NCBI GenBank assembly: GCA_002269645.1
Contig: NIVC01000223.1
Span: 1 to 64,000, forward strand
DNA length: 64,000 nucleotides
DNA from: Macrostomum lignano
Taxonomy: Eukaryota
Direction: 5' to 3'
The notes under the pieces are model-generated. The model had not been told where the DNA came from. It made no database searches and worked only from the letters and a program-made list of their open reading frames with translations. Shown in pieces: positions 24,911-38,095 of the stretch. Made by a program: the position numbers and the translations under genes. Within the stretch, counting starts at the first letter, position 1; the number at the start of each line of letters is the position of its first letter.

Positions 24911-27900
24911 CCTACAATCACACATTTTTGAATTGAACTTCGCACTGTACAGTGCTATGATGCTATCTTTCTTCTTCAAATCTAAGTCCTTCTAACTTCC
25001 CCCAGTCTTCCCCTTTACGTTTACATCCCAGAAGTTCTGTGCTTATTCCAGAAAATGTTTGCTAATCCAACTATAGAAACAGATATAGCCAATGTGATGT
25101 GACACGTGCGGTGCAGTCAGTCTGCAGTGCTTTCTGCCTTCTGGCTTGCCTGCTGCACCCACGACCCATCACGCACGATCCGTTCCCCCGTGAAATGACT
25201 TTGCTGGACATTTGGTGTTCTTTCAGAGAGGCGAATTTCAAATGGTGCATTTGTCACCAATCACCATTCCAGATTCGCGTCCCCAACTGGTGGCTGTGCC
25301 AGCTGCTGCCCTGCTGTTGCTTTTAATATGAATTTGTATACCTAATACTAACTAAACCCATATGAATACCTGCCCTTTGGCTTTGGCTTGCATACAGCTA
25401 TTAGTACCTTCTGCAAGACTGCTGCGCGTTCAAACTTCAAACTTCAAAAAGCGTATTTTTGCAGACAACAACCCATGCACCAAACCTATTTCGGTTAAAA
25501 AAAATTACTGCGATATGCAGCCTGTATGCTTGCATGGTATTAGTGTAACTTGTGTAAGGATGTTATAGGACTTGGTAGGTATAGTATGTTTATATGCCTG
25601 ACCCCCAGCAGCACTGGCAAGCCTTGGATTAGCAGTTTTTAAAACTGAAACTGCTTGGATTATATATAGTATCATGCATGTATGCATATTGTATAGTCTA
25701 CCATATTATTGCAGAGTCGGATACTCTGAATAGGGAGGGGGAGGTAAGGGATATTAGGATAGGAACGTGTTGACTTGGACAGGATTTTTTCCGCCCTTCC
25801 TTGCGTAGTGTTGTGCAGTGTAGTAAGCTCGTCATAAATTTCTCCCTATCCCTGGTTTTCAAGGCTTCGGAGGTCGTCTTGACTTAGAAGCTTGAACTTT
25901 GGTGGAAAACGAAAATAAAAGAAGATGGGACTGGGAGCCCAAGTAAAAAGAATAACGGGTCTCTGTCCTGCTAAATTCATTCAGGAGGATACTGCAGCTA
26001 GCAGGTTATGGTGTAGTTTGGGCTAATGCCGCTACTAACCTAAGTGTTAGAATATAAGCTAACAAAGACGAAGACTAGATTCATACAAGTCAGAGACAGA
26101 GGTTCAAGTTTGAAGAAGAAAACGAGTATTGGCCCAGGGCCCAGACTTCCAATTCCTACCCAAGAAGCTATTTCATTGTCCATCAACTAGATTTTGGCAA
26201 ATCTATGTGTTAAAACTACATAATTGTTAAAGAACTAATCAGAGAATAGGAACTTCTCTGGTTTTGCTCAACATCCACATTCCCAAGTTCAATCTATCTT
26301 CATTCTATTGGTTGGTGCCGCAGGGCAGAGAATGTATTGGCTGTGGAGAATTGGGGTGGCGGGGAGTTGGAGCTGGCTGGGTGGCGGGTCGCCAATACAA
26401 TTTAGCGGCTCCCAACTTAGTCAGCTTCGGCCCCTGTCCAGCTAGAACCCCCCTCCCCCACTATTAAATCGGAACCTTTCTCTGGGGGCCTTGCATGCTG
26501 TTTACGCCAATTATATATACTTTAATTAATTGAACCGAAAAGGACCTCCCTTAAGCTGGACCAAGACATCTTCGGTCGTCCGTTCTTACTTTTATTTTTT
26601 ACTAAACATTAGTTTAGTAAAAGGTCCTAATTATATTGAAAATTATCTTAAATCGTAATTACTTTATTGGCCAACCGTCTCGTTTCGTCTGATAAGGCAC
26701 TCGCAAGGAAGAAGAAATAGTCCGACTAACTAAACTACTCCAGCTGCTACTTGCTGCTGCTAGACTGCTGCGAAGATAGCGGTTCACGTGATCATCATCA
26801 TAGTCGGACAACAATGTAAGTACTCCACACTTTTAATTAATCGGGATTTCGCCTTTCCCTTTAGGTTAGATCGTTTCTGATTCAGTTCATTTCATTAATC
26901 TCGTATATTAATTTATACGACTTATAGAAATGACACTGCCAATGACAATTTGACACCCAAAGCAACAAACCAGTTCCTTTTTGTCTTCTTTTACCAGATC
27001 TTAATCTTATTACGAGTATTATTAATCTATAATCTAGGTATAGTTGTAGCCAGGGCCAGTTGATTAATCAAAAAATACACCCTGGCAATCCGCCGCACAA
27101 ATCAATGACAAGGATGGTATTAGGTTGGTTAATCTCCGGACTGTAATCTGAGACTGAGACCAACTTTACTGGCAATTGCTAATCAACAAAAGCAAAGGGA
27201 AACGCTTAATAATGACAGCCTTGCATTCTTAGTTAGCACGACTCAAACATCGCCTTCTTGAACAACCGACAACCAAATTTTGTCATTTTTCTGTCTGTCC
27301 TACTAACAGTCTCTGATTTCAAGTAATTAATTAGCCACTGGTAAAAGTGATATTGATTAGGACTAACTTGTAGCTTATATGCACTTTTATTCTAGCCTAT
27401 TAATAGAATGTAACTTTAGGTAAACGGCTGGAGTAAATTGCAACGACAAGCTAGAACAGATGCCTCGTCATCTTATTAATCGTTTTTGTAGGATTTTTGT
27501 ATATTACGCTAAAATTGACCAACGGAATTATTAGCTCGAATGTGTCATTCAAATTCGAAAAAAAATAATAGCAAAATAAAATGCACCTATTATTAGTGTC
27601 CATTCGATTCAATTCATTTAGAGTTGAAAATTGTTAGACAATAGAAATAGACTGCTGCATCAATCAGCGCCATATGTTTAAGTTTTTCAACAGTCAGTCA
27701 AATTTTCAATGAGTCGATATCCGAGATGCAGAGATAAAGAAAAGTAAGGAATGGACAACTTTAACTAACTAAATATGGTATTGTATTATATTATGTAACG
27801 GTTAACAGATTGTCAGTGCTTATCGAATATTATCGAGCTCAAGTAATGAGACTGAGATTGAGGCTGGGAGGCTATGGCGGGTGTCGTCTCACCCCATCAT

Positions 27901-28089
27901 CGCTGTTTGTTATAAGCATCGCAAACAATTTATATCAGATAGAACCTTAGATTCCAATTTGACCTACCATATATAAGATTGATATAATAAATTAGGTTAT
28001 TTAGGTCAAATATTGACTGACGAGGTGGTAAACGAATTTGCTGATACTGTTGAGAAATTGTCGAAGAGTAGTTAACAACTGGTTTGAGT

Positions 28090-28810
28090 TGGGTAGGGAG
28101 ACGAGAGAGACATAAGTAGATGGGTAGGTAGGGTAGGGAGACGAGAGAGAGAGACAGAAGTAGATTGGTATAGATAGGGTAGGGTAGGGAGGCGAGAGAG
28201 ACAGAAGTAGATTGGTATAGATAGGGTAGGGAGGGAGACGAGAGAGAGAGACGGAAGTAGATGGGTAGGTAGGGTAGGGAGACGAGAGAGAGAGACAGAA
28301 GTAGATTGGTATAGATAGGGTAGGGAGGGAGACGAGAGAGAGAGACAAAAGTAGATTGGTATAGATAGGGTAGGGAGGGAGACGAGAGAGAGAGACAAAA
28401 GTAGATAGGTATAGATAGGGTAGGGAGGGAGACGAGAGAGAGAGAGACAAAAGTAGATTGGTATAGATAGGGTAGGGTAGGGAGGCGAGAGAGACAGAAG
28501 TAGATTGGTATAGATAGGGTAGGGTAGGGAGGCGAGAGAGACAGAAGTAGATTGGTATAGATAGGGTAGGGAGGGAGACGAGAGAGAGAGACGGAAGTAG
28601 ATTGGTATAGATAGGGTAGGGAGGGAGACGAGAGAGGGACATAGAAGTAGATTGGTATAGATAGGGTAGGGAGGGAGACGAGAGAGACAGAAATAGATGG
28701 GTAGATAGTGTAGGGAGACGAGAGAGAATTACGTAGATGGGTAGCGTAGAGTATGAAGAGAGAGATGGTGAGAGATGGGTAGAGTAGGGTAGGGAGGTGA
28801 GTAGAGTGGA
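28090..28810. repeat. ~50-bp purine-rich minisatellite
   Basis: GAGACAGAAGTAGATTGGTATAGATAGGGTAGGGAGGGAGACGAGA units. Confidence 0.9.
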
Positions 28811-29384
28811 GTATCTAGTGGGTCCAAAGATTTCTGAAAAGCTCCTATACCAAGCGATATGATCCCTATCTATCAATGGATTCCTAAAAATGGCTTTGTC
28901 TTTGATACAAGATGGGTTTATTATCAGAATACAGTATAAAATTAAAGAGAAAGAAAGGTAAATGCAGGGAGGAGGGCAAACCCTAACGGTTCCATGCAGC
29001 CTCCGCGTGGTGCTGCATCCTAATCAGGTCAGCTCAATGAGGCCAGTGTGACTCAAGGCATGCGGTAATACATACCCATACCTACCCACTATCTCCAAGT
29101 ATGATGCAGAGCTGGAGACTGGAGCCTGCACCTGCATGGAAGTTATTTTGGGGGATGGCTTGATCGCTAGGTACTGTGGGGGTCAATTCATACTCACTCA
29201 GTACTGTACTTAACCATCTCAACACGTATCATTATTCTTCCAGCAAGCCCCAGCCCATTAAAATCAACTGGTTTTATTAGGGGATTTTTAGGATGTGAGG
29301 ATTTCTGCAGATTTTGACTATCTGGAATCCCAATTTGGTTTCAGAAGTTGATTGTTTTTGTATCTAGGGATTTAGTTGGGATTT

Positions 29385-29830
29385 GAGAATCTGGGATTTA
29401 GTTGGGATCGGAGAATCTGGGGATTTAGTTGGGATCAGAGGATCTGGGATTTAGTTGGGATTTGAGAATATGGGATTTAGTTGGGATTTGAGAGTATGGG
29501 ATTTAGTTGGGATCAGAGAATCTGGGGATTTAGTTGGGATCAGAGGATCTGGGATTTAGTTGGGATTTGAGAATATGGGATTTAGTTGGGATTTGAGAGT
29601 ATGGGATTTAGTTGGGATTTAGAATATGGGATTTAGTTGGGATTTTAAAATCTGGAGATTCAATTGGGATTTGAGAATTGGAGAGTTGAGTTGGGATTTA
29701 AGAATCTGGATTTATTTGGAATCTTTAAGAATCTAGGGATTTAGTTGGGATTTGAGAATCTGGGGATTTACTCGTAGTGGGAATTGAAAATCTAGGGATT
29801 TAGTTGGGAATTTTTAGTATATGGATTTGA
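29385..29830. repeat. ~26-bp GGGATT-family minisatellite
   Basis: GGGATTTAGTTGGGATTTGAGAATCT units. Confidence 0.9.
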
Positions 29831-30224
29831 GAATCTTCTTTTTTCCCCTCTGAATTAGAGGATATTAGAACAGTTAAGATCCTCTGTAAGTCCTTAGTCG
29901 GACTCGTGAATATAAAGATTCTATATTTGCTCAAAAGCTCGCCAAAGTTCCTTTAATATTGTCATGATATTGTCAGTCCAAGCGGTGGAGCTGTGAGCTC
30001 AATAGGCCAGAAAACTGCCGCTTTGAAATGTATTATTTACTCATGCTCACACCCCATACATGACACCGCTTTTCACATGTTCCATAGTTCGCATTCTGAC
30101 TGCAGAAAAAGTCAACGAAAGTAAGTAGTCTCCACGTGTCACACTGCCGCTTTGCCTGGTTTCATAGTTCCTACTGTCTGCTTCTACTCTTGTTATGTCG
30201 GGAATCTAGACATCAAGGAGGGGT

Positions 30225-32115
30225 GGCGGCGGCACCCACTGAAGCCTACGAGTAGGGGGATACGGCACCCACTGAAGCCTACGAGTAGGGGGATACGGCA
30301 CCCACTGAAGCATCTCAGGGATTTGCGGCACCCACTGAATGAAGCATCTAAGGAGAGGGTAGCGGCACCCACTAAAGCATCTGAGGAGGGGGTTGCGGCA
30401 CCCACTGAAGCATCTGAGGAGGGGGTAGCGGCACCCACTAAAGCATCTGAGGAGGGGGTTGCGGCACCCACTGAAGCATCTGAGGAGAGGGTAGCGGCAC
30501 CCACTGAAGCATCTGAGGGAGTAGCGGCACCCACTGAAGCATCTGAGGTGGTAGCGGCACCCACTGAAGCATCTGAGGTTGGGAGTAGCGGCACCCACTG
30601 AAGCATCTGAGGTTGGGGGTTGCGGCACCCACTGAAGCATCTGAGGGGGTTGCGGCACCCACTGAAGCATCTGAGGTTGGGGATTGCGGCACCCACTGAA
30701 GCATCTGAGGGGGTTGCGGCACCCACTGAAGCATCTGAGGAGGGGGTAGCGGCACCCACTGAAGCATCTGAGGTTGGGGATTGCGGCACCCACTGAAGCA
30801 TCTGAGGAGAGGGTAGCGGCACCCACTGAAGCATCTGAGGTGGTAGCGGCACCCACTGAAGCATCTGAGGTGGTAGCGGCACCCACTGAAGCATCTGAGG
30901 TTGGGAGTAGCGGCACCCACTGAAGCATCTGAGGTTGGGGGTTGCGGCACCCACTGAAGCATCTGAGGGAGTAGCGGCACCCACTGAAGCATCTGAGGGG
31001 GTTGCGGCACCCACTGAAGCATCTGAGGGGGTTGCGGCACCCACTGAAGCATCTGAGGTTGGGAGTAGCGGCACCCACTGAAGCATCTGAGGTTGGGAGT
31101 AGCGGCACCCACTGAAGCATCTGAGGAGGGGGTAGCGGCACCCACTGAAGCATCTGAGGAGAGGGTAGCGGCACCCACTGAAGCATCTGAGGTGGTAGCG
31201 GCACCCACTGAAGCATCTGAGGTTGGGAGTAGCGGCACCCACTGAAGCATCTGAGGTTGGGGGTTGCGGCACCCACTGAAGCATCTGAGGGAGTAGCGGC
31301 ACCCACTGAAGCATCTGAGGGGGTTGCGGCACCCACTGAAGCATCTGAGGGGGTTGCGGCACCCACTGAAGCATCTGAGGTTGGGAGTAGCGGCACCCAC
31401 TGAAGCATCTGAGGTTGGGAGTAGCGGCACCCACTGAAGCATCTGAGGAGGGGGTAGCGGCACCCACTGAAGCATCTGAGGAGAGGGTAGCGGCACCCAC
31501 TGAAGCATCTGAGGTGGTAGCGGCACCCACTGAAGCATCTGAGGTGGTAGCGGCACCCACTGAAGCATCTGAGGTTGGGAGTAGCGGCACCCACTGAAGC
31601 ATCTGAGGTTGGGGGTTGCGGCACCCACTGAAGCATCTGAGGGAGTAGCGGCACCCACTGAAGCATCTGAGGGAGTAGCGGCACCCACTGAAGCATCTGA
31701 GGTTGGGAGTAGCGGCACCCACTGAAGCATCTGAGGTTGGGAGTAGCGGCACCCACTAAAGCATCTGAGGTTGGGAGTAGCGGCAACCACTGAAGCATCT
31801 GAGGTTGGGGGTTGCGGCAGCCACTGAAGCATCTGAGGGAGTAGCGGCACCCACTGAAGCATCTGAGGTGGTAGCGGCACCCACTGAAGCATCTGAGGTT
31901 GGGAGTAGCGGCACCCACTGAAGCATCTGAGGTTGGGGGTTGCGGCACCCACTGAAGCATCTGAGGGAGTAGCGGCACCCACTGAAGCATCTGAGGGGGT
32001 TGCGGCACCCACTGAAGCATCTGAGGGGGTTGCGGCACCCACTGAAGCATCTGGGGGAGTAGCGGCGCCCACTGAAGCATCTGAGGGGGTAGCGGCACCC
32101 ACTGAAGCATCTGAG
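30225..32115. repeat. 30-34 bp minisatellite: constant GCGGCACCCACTGAAGCATCTGAGG plus variable short linkers
   Basis: ~58 units; linker order repeats with a ~322-bp period. Confidence 0.96.
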
Positions 32116-32609
32116 ATGGTAGCAGTTGACCCCGAAATGACTTTCCAAGCTTTAGCATGCAGTTTAGATTATCCCGAAGCAGTGTTTCTCTAACAAACTG
32201 TAAATAACATTAGTATAATAGCTTAATATATGCAGCAGTGCACAGATCAATATGCGATGCACAGTTTGCGCTTTCGCCATACATTGATTGCGTCAGACCC
32301 GAGTCGAGTTTGCCTGCTTGGTCTGACAGTCGAGGTCACGCCTCCTGACCTGACCTCTATGTAGATGAATCGAGACAAGAAAAATCTAATTATTAACGTT
32401 ACAGCTAGCGTTCTGAGTCACTGTGGCCTATCATGTGATATGATAGAGGATGTTATAACTATGTTAATATTCTGTGTAATATTAGGTTGGTTTGGCGGAA
32501 TACAGATGAAGCAAAATTATGCTGCTCATGTCAGTCGAGGAGTCTTCTGAGCTAAATATTGAATAATTAGTAGTTTGAAATAGTTCTTCAGAGTGTGAAA
32601 GTGATTCAG

Positions 32610-33895
32610 TCTCAGGTCTAGATCACTATATACTCTAGATTCAGTCTCTAGTCTATAGATCTATAGATTCAATAACACTATAATCTAGATTCAGTCTCTT
32701 GTCTATAGATCTATAGATTCAATAACACTATACTCTAGATTCAGTCTCTAGTCTATAGATCTATAGATTTTATAACACTATACTCTAGATTCAGTCTCTA
32801 GTCTATAGATCTATAGATTCATTAACACTATAATCTAGATTCAGTCTCTAGTCTATAGATCTATAGATTCAATAACACTATAATCTAGATTCAGTCTCTT
32901 GTCTATAGATCTATAGATTCAATAACACTATACTCTAGATTCAGTCTCTAGTCTATAGATCTATAGATTTTATAACACTATACTCTAGATTCAGTCTCTA
33001 GTCTATAGATCTATAGATTCATTAACACTATAATCTAGATTCAGTCTCTAGTCTATAGATCTATAGATTCAATAACACTATACTCTAGATTCAGTCTCTA
33101 GTCTAAAGATCTATAGATTTTAAAACACTATACTCTAGATTCAGTCTCTAGTCTATAGATCTATAGATTCATTAACACTATACTTTAGATTCAGTCTCTA
33201 GTCTATAGATCTATAGATTCGATAACGATATACTCTAGATTCAGTCTCTAGTCTATAGATCTATAGATTCGATAACGATATACTTTAGATTCAGTCTCTA
33301 GTCTATAGATCTATAGATTCGATAACACTATATAGCTCGTACTCTAGATTCAGTCTCTAGTCTATAGATCTATAGATTCGATAACACTATATAGCTCGTA
33401 CTCTAGATTCAGTCTCTAGTCTATAGATCTATAGATTCAATAACAATATACTCTAGATTCAGTCTCTGGTCTATAGAACTATAGATTCAATGTCTAATCT
33501 ATAGATCTATAGATTCGATAACGATATACTTTAGATTCAGTCTCTAATCTATAGATCTATAGATTCGATAACACTATATAGCTCGTACTCTAGATTCAGT
33601 CTCTATTCTATAGATCTATAGATTCAATTAACACTATACTCTAGATTCAATGTCTAATCTATAGATCTATAGATTCGGTATCTAGTCTTAGATCTATAGA
33701 TTCAATAACACTATGCTCTAGATTCAATCTCTAGTCTATAGATCTATAGATTCAATAACACTATGCTCTAGATTCAATCTCTTGTCTATAGATCTATAGA
33801 TTCAATTAACACTATACTCTAGATTCAATGTTTAATCTATAGATCTTTAGATTCGGTATCTAGTCTTAGATCTATAGATTCAATAAAACTATACT
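32610..33895. repeat. 50-bp AT-rich satellite containing the palindrome TCTATAGATCTATAGA
   Basis: Period 50 (GTCTATAGAT at 32701, 32751, 32801...). Confidence 0.95.
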
Positions 33896-34529
33896 TTTAG
33901 AGAGAAACTACCTTTATCTATCTAAAATATTACTAGAAAAATGTATAGATACAGCCTATAGATTGCATGTAATTATATATGTGCAAATTGTAGATGTTTT
34001 ATTAATTCAAGTCTTATTATTCTACTACAGGGACGAGTTCGAAAAATCAATAAATTATAGTTATTGCTGATTTAAAACATCTGAGAAATGACTTAAAGAA
34101 ATTTAATAATGATTGACGACGGGGATTTCTCGTTAATTAAATTCCGCATTTCCCTATTCATATTTTTTCCGCAATTAAAACAGCTAGTCGAAAAAAATAT
34201 GGGCGGGGGGTGCCTCCGGGAGAGGTCTGGCATTTTTTTTTCGTGCAATTTCATCCAGAAATTTCCGACAAAAAAGCACGTTCGCAAAACGAGGGGAGGG
34301 TGTTTGGAGGCTTAAACACGGATTTACCTGTTGTTAACATGCTTTTGAGGACTTACTTCTAGGGAAGAGCAATAATAATTGACCACTGACTTGTTTGATT
34401 CCATTTTTGCTTATCCCTAGCTGAACCCGAAAGCAAAAATATTCTCTGCTTTCTTTACTCTGCTCTTCCCCCATCGGTTCTCAGGGAGTCAGAACAAAAC
34501 TGGATAAGTTATCGTGTTAGCTCTGTTGG

Positions 34530-34810
34530 GCTCACTCTCCCTCTCTCACCCTCTCACTCTCCTTCTCTCTCTCTCACTCTCCCTCTCACCCTCTCACTCT
34601 CCTCTCTCACCCTCTCACTCTCCCTCTCTCACCCTCTCACTCTCCCTCTCTCACCCTCTCACTCTCCCTCTCTCACCCTCTCACTCTCCCTCTCTCACCC
34701 TCTTACTCTCCCTCTCTCACCCTCTCACTCCCTCTCACCCTCTCACTCTCCCTCTCTCACCCTCTCACTCCCTCTCACCCTCTCACTCTCCCTCTCCCTC
34801 TCTCTCTATC

Positions 34811-34886
<76 letters not shown>

Positions 34887-35060
34887 TCCCTCACTCTCCC
34901 TCTTTTGTCTCACCCTCTCACTCTCCCTCTCCTCTCTCCCTCCTTCCCTCTCCCCCTCACTCTCCCTCTCTCCTCTCCCCTCTCATTCCCTCTCCCCGCT
35001 TACTCCCTATCCCTCTCACTCCCTCTCTTGTCTCACTCCCCCCGTCACTCCCTCTCCTCT
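34530..35060. repeat. CT-rich repeat with a central (CT)n microsatellite
   Basis: Direct reading. Confidence 0.9.
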
Positions 35061-35454
35061 TTTCTCCTCTCTTCTGCGCCAATTTCGCTTCGTTAGCAAC
35101 TTTGCACGCCAAACTCTATACAATGAGCTCCTTGGCACATCCACGAAATTCCAGTTGCCAATCTATCCGTTCTTCCACCTCTCATCTGCCCAGCTCCGAA
35201 TGTCTTCTCCACACCAGCCCAAGCTAACTGGGTATTTCGATAATTAATCTTATTTGGTCGCTTAGATTTTTGTATACTGTCGATTGCATTGCGGCCAAGC
35301 AGTTAGCGACATTGCTGCTGTGTTACTTGTCTATATTCTTTCTGCACTGGTTCACGCCTCGCGTCTTGTCCTGTATTGAAGCGCGCGGTTCCTTATCTAT
35401 TCTTGTTTTTATCCTTTATCTATTCTCCTTGTTGTGCATCTAATATGGTCTGAA

Positions 35455-35775
35455 TTCTAGTGTCTATTCTCCACTCTAGTATCTCATCTATTCTCCTATC
35501 TAGTATCTTATCTATTCTCCCCTCTGGTACATGTATCTCATCTATTCTCCCATCTAGTATCTCATCTATTCTCCCATCTAGTTTCTTATCTATTCTCCCA
35601 TCTAGTTTCTTATCTATTCTCCCATCTAGTATCTCATCTATTCTCCTCTCTATTATCTTATCTATTCTCCCCTCTAGTATCTTATCTATTCTCCCATCTA
35701 GTATCTCATCTATTCTACCCTCTAGTATCTCATATATTCTCCTCTCTAGTATCTCAGCTATTCTCATCTAGTGTC
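35455..35775. repeat. 24-bp minisatellite (TCTATTCTCCCATCTAGTATCTCA)n
   Basis: 8-aa periodicity (RIDEILDG) on the minus strand. Confidence 0.9.
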
Positions 35776-36689
35776 TCATTTTTTGTCCGTAATTTTCTCC
35801 TATTTATCTATCATATTCTCTATTTGTTCCTCTGCTCATGATCCTCAGTTTCTCCCTATCCCAAGTCTCCAAAATCTGGCGTCTCAGCCACTCGGACACA
35901 CACGCACATGCACACGCAAATTTCACTTTCGAATGGATCCCTTGCTTGTTCCGCACACTCGATTTTCCCTGACAGGCAGGCCTTCTTCAACCAGGATCGC
36001 CAATGCCCCCCCCCCTGCCAACCCTAGCAACTCAAGAAATATTCCCGCGAAATCTGATCGAATTTCTAGCCGCTCTGATTATCGATTTTAATGGCCTCCA
36101 GCGCTGGAAAACTGTGGAATCAATCTGCTGCTAGAAGGAGCAGATTTCTAGCCCCCAAGCCCCCTCGTTTCTTTGAGTCCGCCGCCGCCTTCTACACTTT
36201 CTGCCCCCCCCCCTCTTGTCATCTCCTGTCCTCCTGTCCCCCGCCTTTCCGATGAAAAACCAATTTATATCCTCTATCTTGGCCTTCAGTTGAGAATATA
36301 CTCAACTGCAGTGTCTAACTCTCTTGTCTAGCTCATAATGTTGCGACTGTCTTCTCTCTTCATTTTTTTGAAGGCCGTGTTTTTTTCAGGTAAACCTGGA
36401 CCTTGGGCCCTTATACCGGCAGTTGCAGAGTTCTAGTTGCAACACAGATATGCAATCTGAAATCATCAGTTCATCCTACATAGCTAAGCATTAAAGAAAA
36501 CGAGGCGACATCTGTCTGTAACCAGTGGTAAATCTGTCCGTTCCGCTGACTCAGCCAGCAGCTGCTCTGCCACTTAATATCAAGCGTTAATTTAAGTACA
36601 ATTGAACTTCAAATGCTTGACTGACAGGCATAAAATATCTATAGATTTTTTAGCCAGGCCACTGATGGATGTAAGACACGATGGCTTCC

Positions 36690-37330
36690 CGGTTGCTATG
36701 CAGAGTGCATGAGAGGTATCGCGCTACAGAAGAAGCAAAACCCGAAAGATGCGAAGAATTGAAATCTAAGCCTGACAAGGACAGCAGGCAGTCCCGCCGT
36801 GCCCTGCACGGAAGATCTGGCCCAGCTGTTGCAGAATCTGCTTTTTCGCGTCGTCTCCTTTTGATGAATAAAAAGAAACCATAATGACGGACCGTTCATT
36901 CATTCGTTCGCAGGAAATTTGGTGGATTTTTGCTTTAAAGGGAAACGACATTGGAAGCTATAACACAGGAGCTGAGGAAAGTACAGTCCAGCTATAGGCG
37001 TCAGTCATTTGATGCAACAGGTATTGAAGCCACTTGAGAGAATTTTAGTATCCTTGACGACTCCAGAAGCCTGATTGAAGAATATTTCTCTTAAATCTTC
37101 AACATATTGGGGATATTTAAATGGTCCATTGTGCGACTTAACATAGTACATAGGGATTCTGGTCTCCTGAAAAAACTGCGCAGAAAAAATGCAAAAGAAT
37201 GTCTGACCAACATTTTTTGTTCGGAAACTGGAACAACCGTACAGACTTTGAATGGATGATTTTGGGAAATTTTCGGGATTGCAGCTGTTTTCGAAGGCCC
37301 TTCCTTGTTTGTTCTTGACGCTCAGCTGTA
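36690..37330 (-). mobile_element. Possible decayed APE-type endonuclease fragment of a non-LTR (L1/Tx1-like) retrotransposon
   Basis: Manual minus-strand translation gives, in APE order, FFQETR, SGVV, VIMVSFYS..KKQILQQL and (shifted frame) GLDFNS; interrupted by stops and frameshifts. Confidence 0.4.
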
Positions 37331-37824
37331 CCTTACATAGGGATCATCAGCATTGGTAATGATTATCTAAGCGGACGTGTTCTAGCGGGGGGTGGGTCAG
37401 GGCTTAGGGGTCTTAAGGGTAACCGACGCGCTGCAGTTTAGATCTGAAGCTTCAAGAAGACCGTGAGGTCCAGAGAAGAAAGTATTTCTTCTTTCAGAAG
37501 CAGCAGCAGCTGCTTCTATGAAGGGGAATGAAGGTTTCTTCCACTTTTTAAAGAAAAAAATCCGAGTTACTTTTTCCTGCTTAAACAGACGGCATAACGT
37601 ATGTTCAAGGATTCATTGAAGCCGTATTCTGTAAATCTGTGTCATTGTTCACTTGTCGGACTTCATCAGTCAGTCAGTCACCTAGTTGACAATAGACAAA
37701 CGTATTCTTAAATTGGAACAAAATAATTTTAAGAAAAATGGTTTCCTTTACATTCATTGATCGAATTTGAATCAACTTTGCTTCAATTGGTCCATCTTTC
37801 TTTGGGGATTTGCGATATTGGAGC

Positions 37825-38095
37825 TCGGATCGGGATTTGGGATCAGAGATCGGGGATCTGGGATCTGGGATCTAGGATTGGGGTTCTGGGATCTGGGATC
37901 TGGGATCGGGGATCTGAGATCAGGAATCGGGGATCTGGGATCTGGGATCAGGGATCTGGGATCGGGGATCGGGGATCAGGGATCAGGGATCGGGGTTCTG
38001 GGATCTGGGATCTGGGATCGGGGATCTGGGATCGGGGATCTGAGATCAGGGATCGGGGATCTGGGATCGGCGATCGGGGATCGGGGATCTGGGAT
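37825..38095. repeat. (GGGATCT/GGGATCG)n 7-bp repeat
   Basis: Direct reading. Confidence 0.92.

Noticed and set aside
23846-24936. 361-aa and 336-aa hydrophobic ORFs
   Set aside because: Translations of the 48-bp minisatellite.
30193-32193. Mucin-like (AAPTEASEG) or other long ORFs, and a CRISPR-like repeat-spacer look
   Set aside because: 34-bp units break the frame. The linkers are only ~5-9 nt and are reused rather than unique spacers. The context is eukaryotic with no cas genes.
32292-32357. Two adjacent hairpins (GTCAGACC/GGTCTGAC and GAGGTCA/TGACCTC)
   Set aside because: 7-8 bp stems are expected by chance in 64 kb; no RNA-gene or Helitron-end context.
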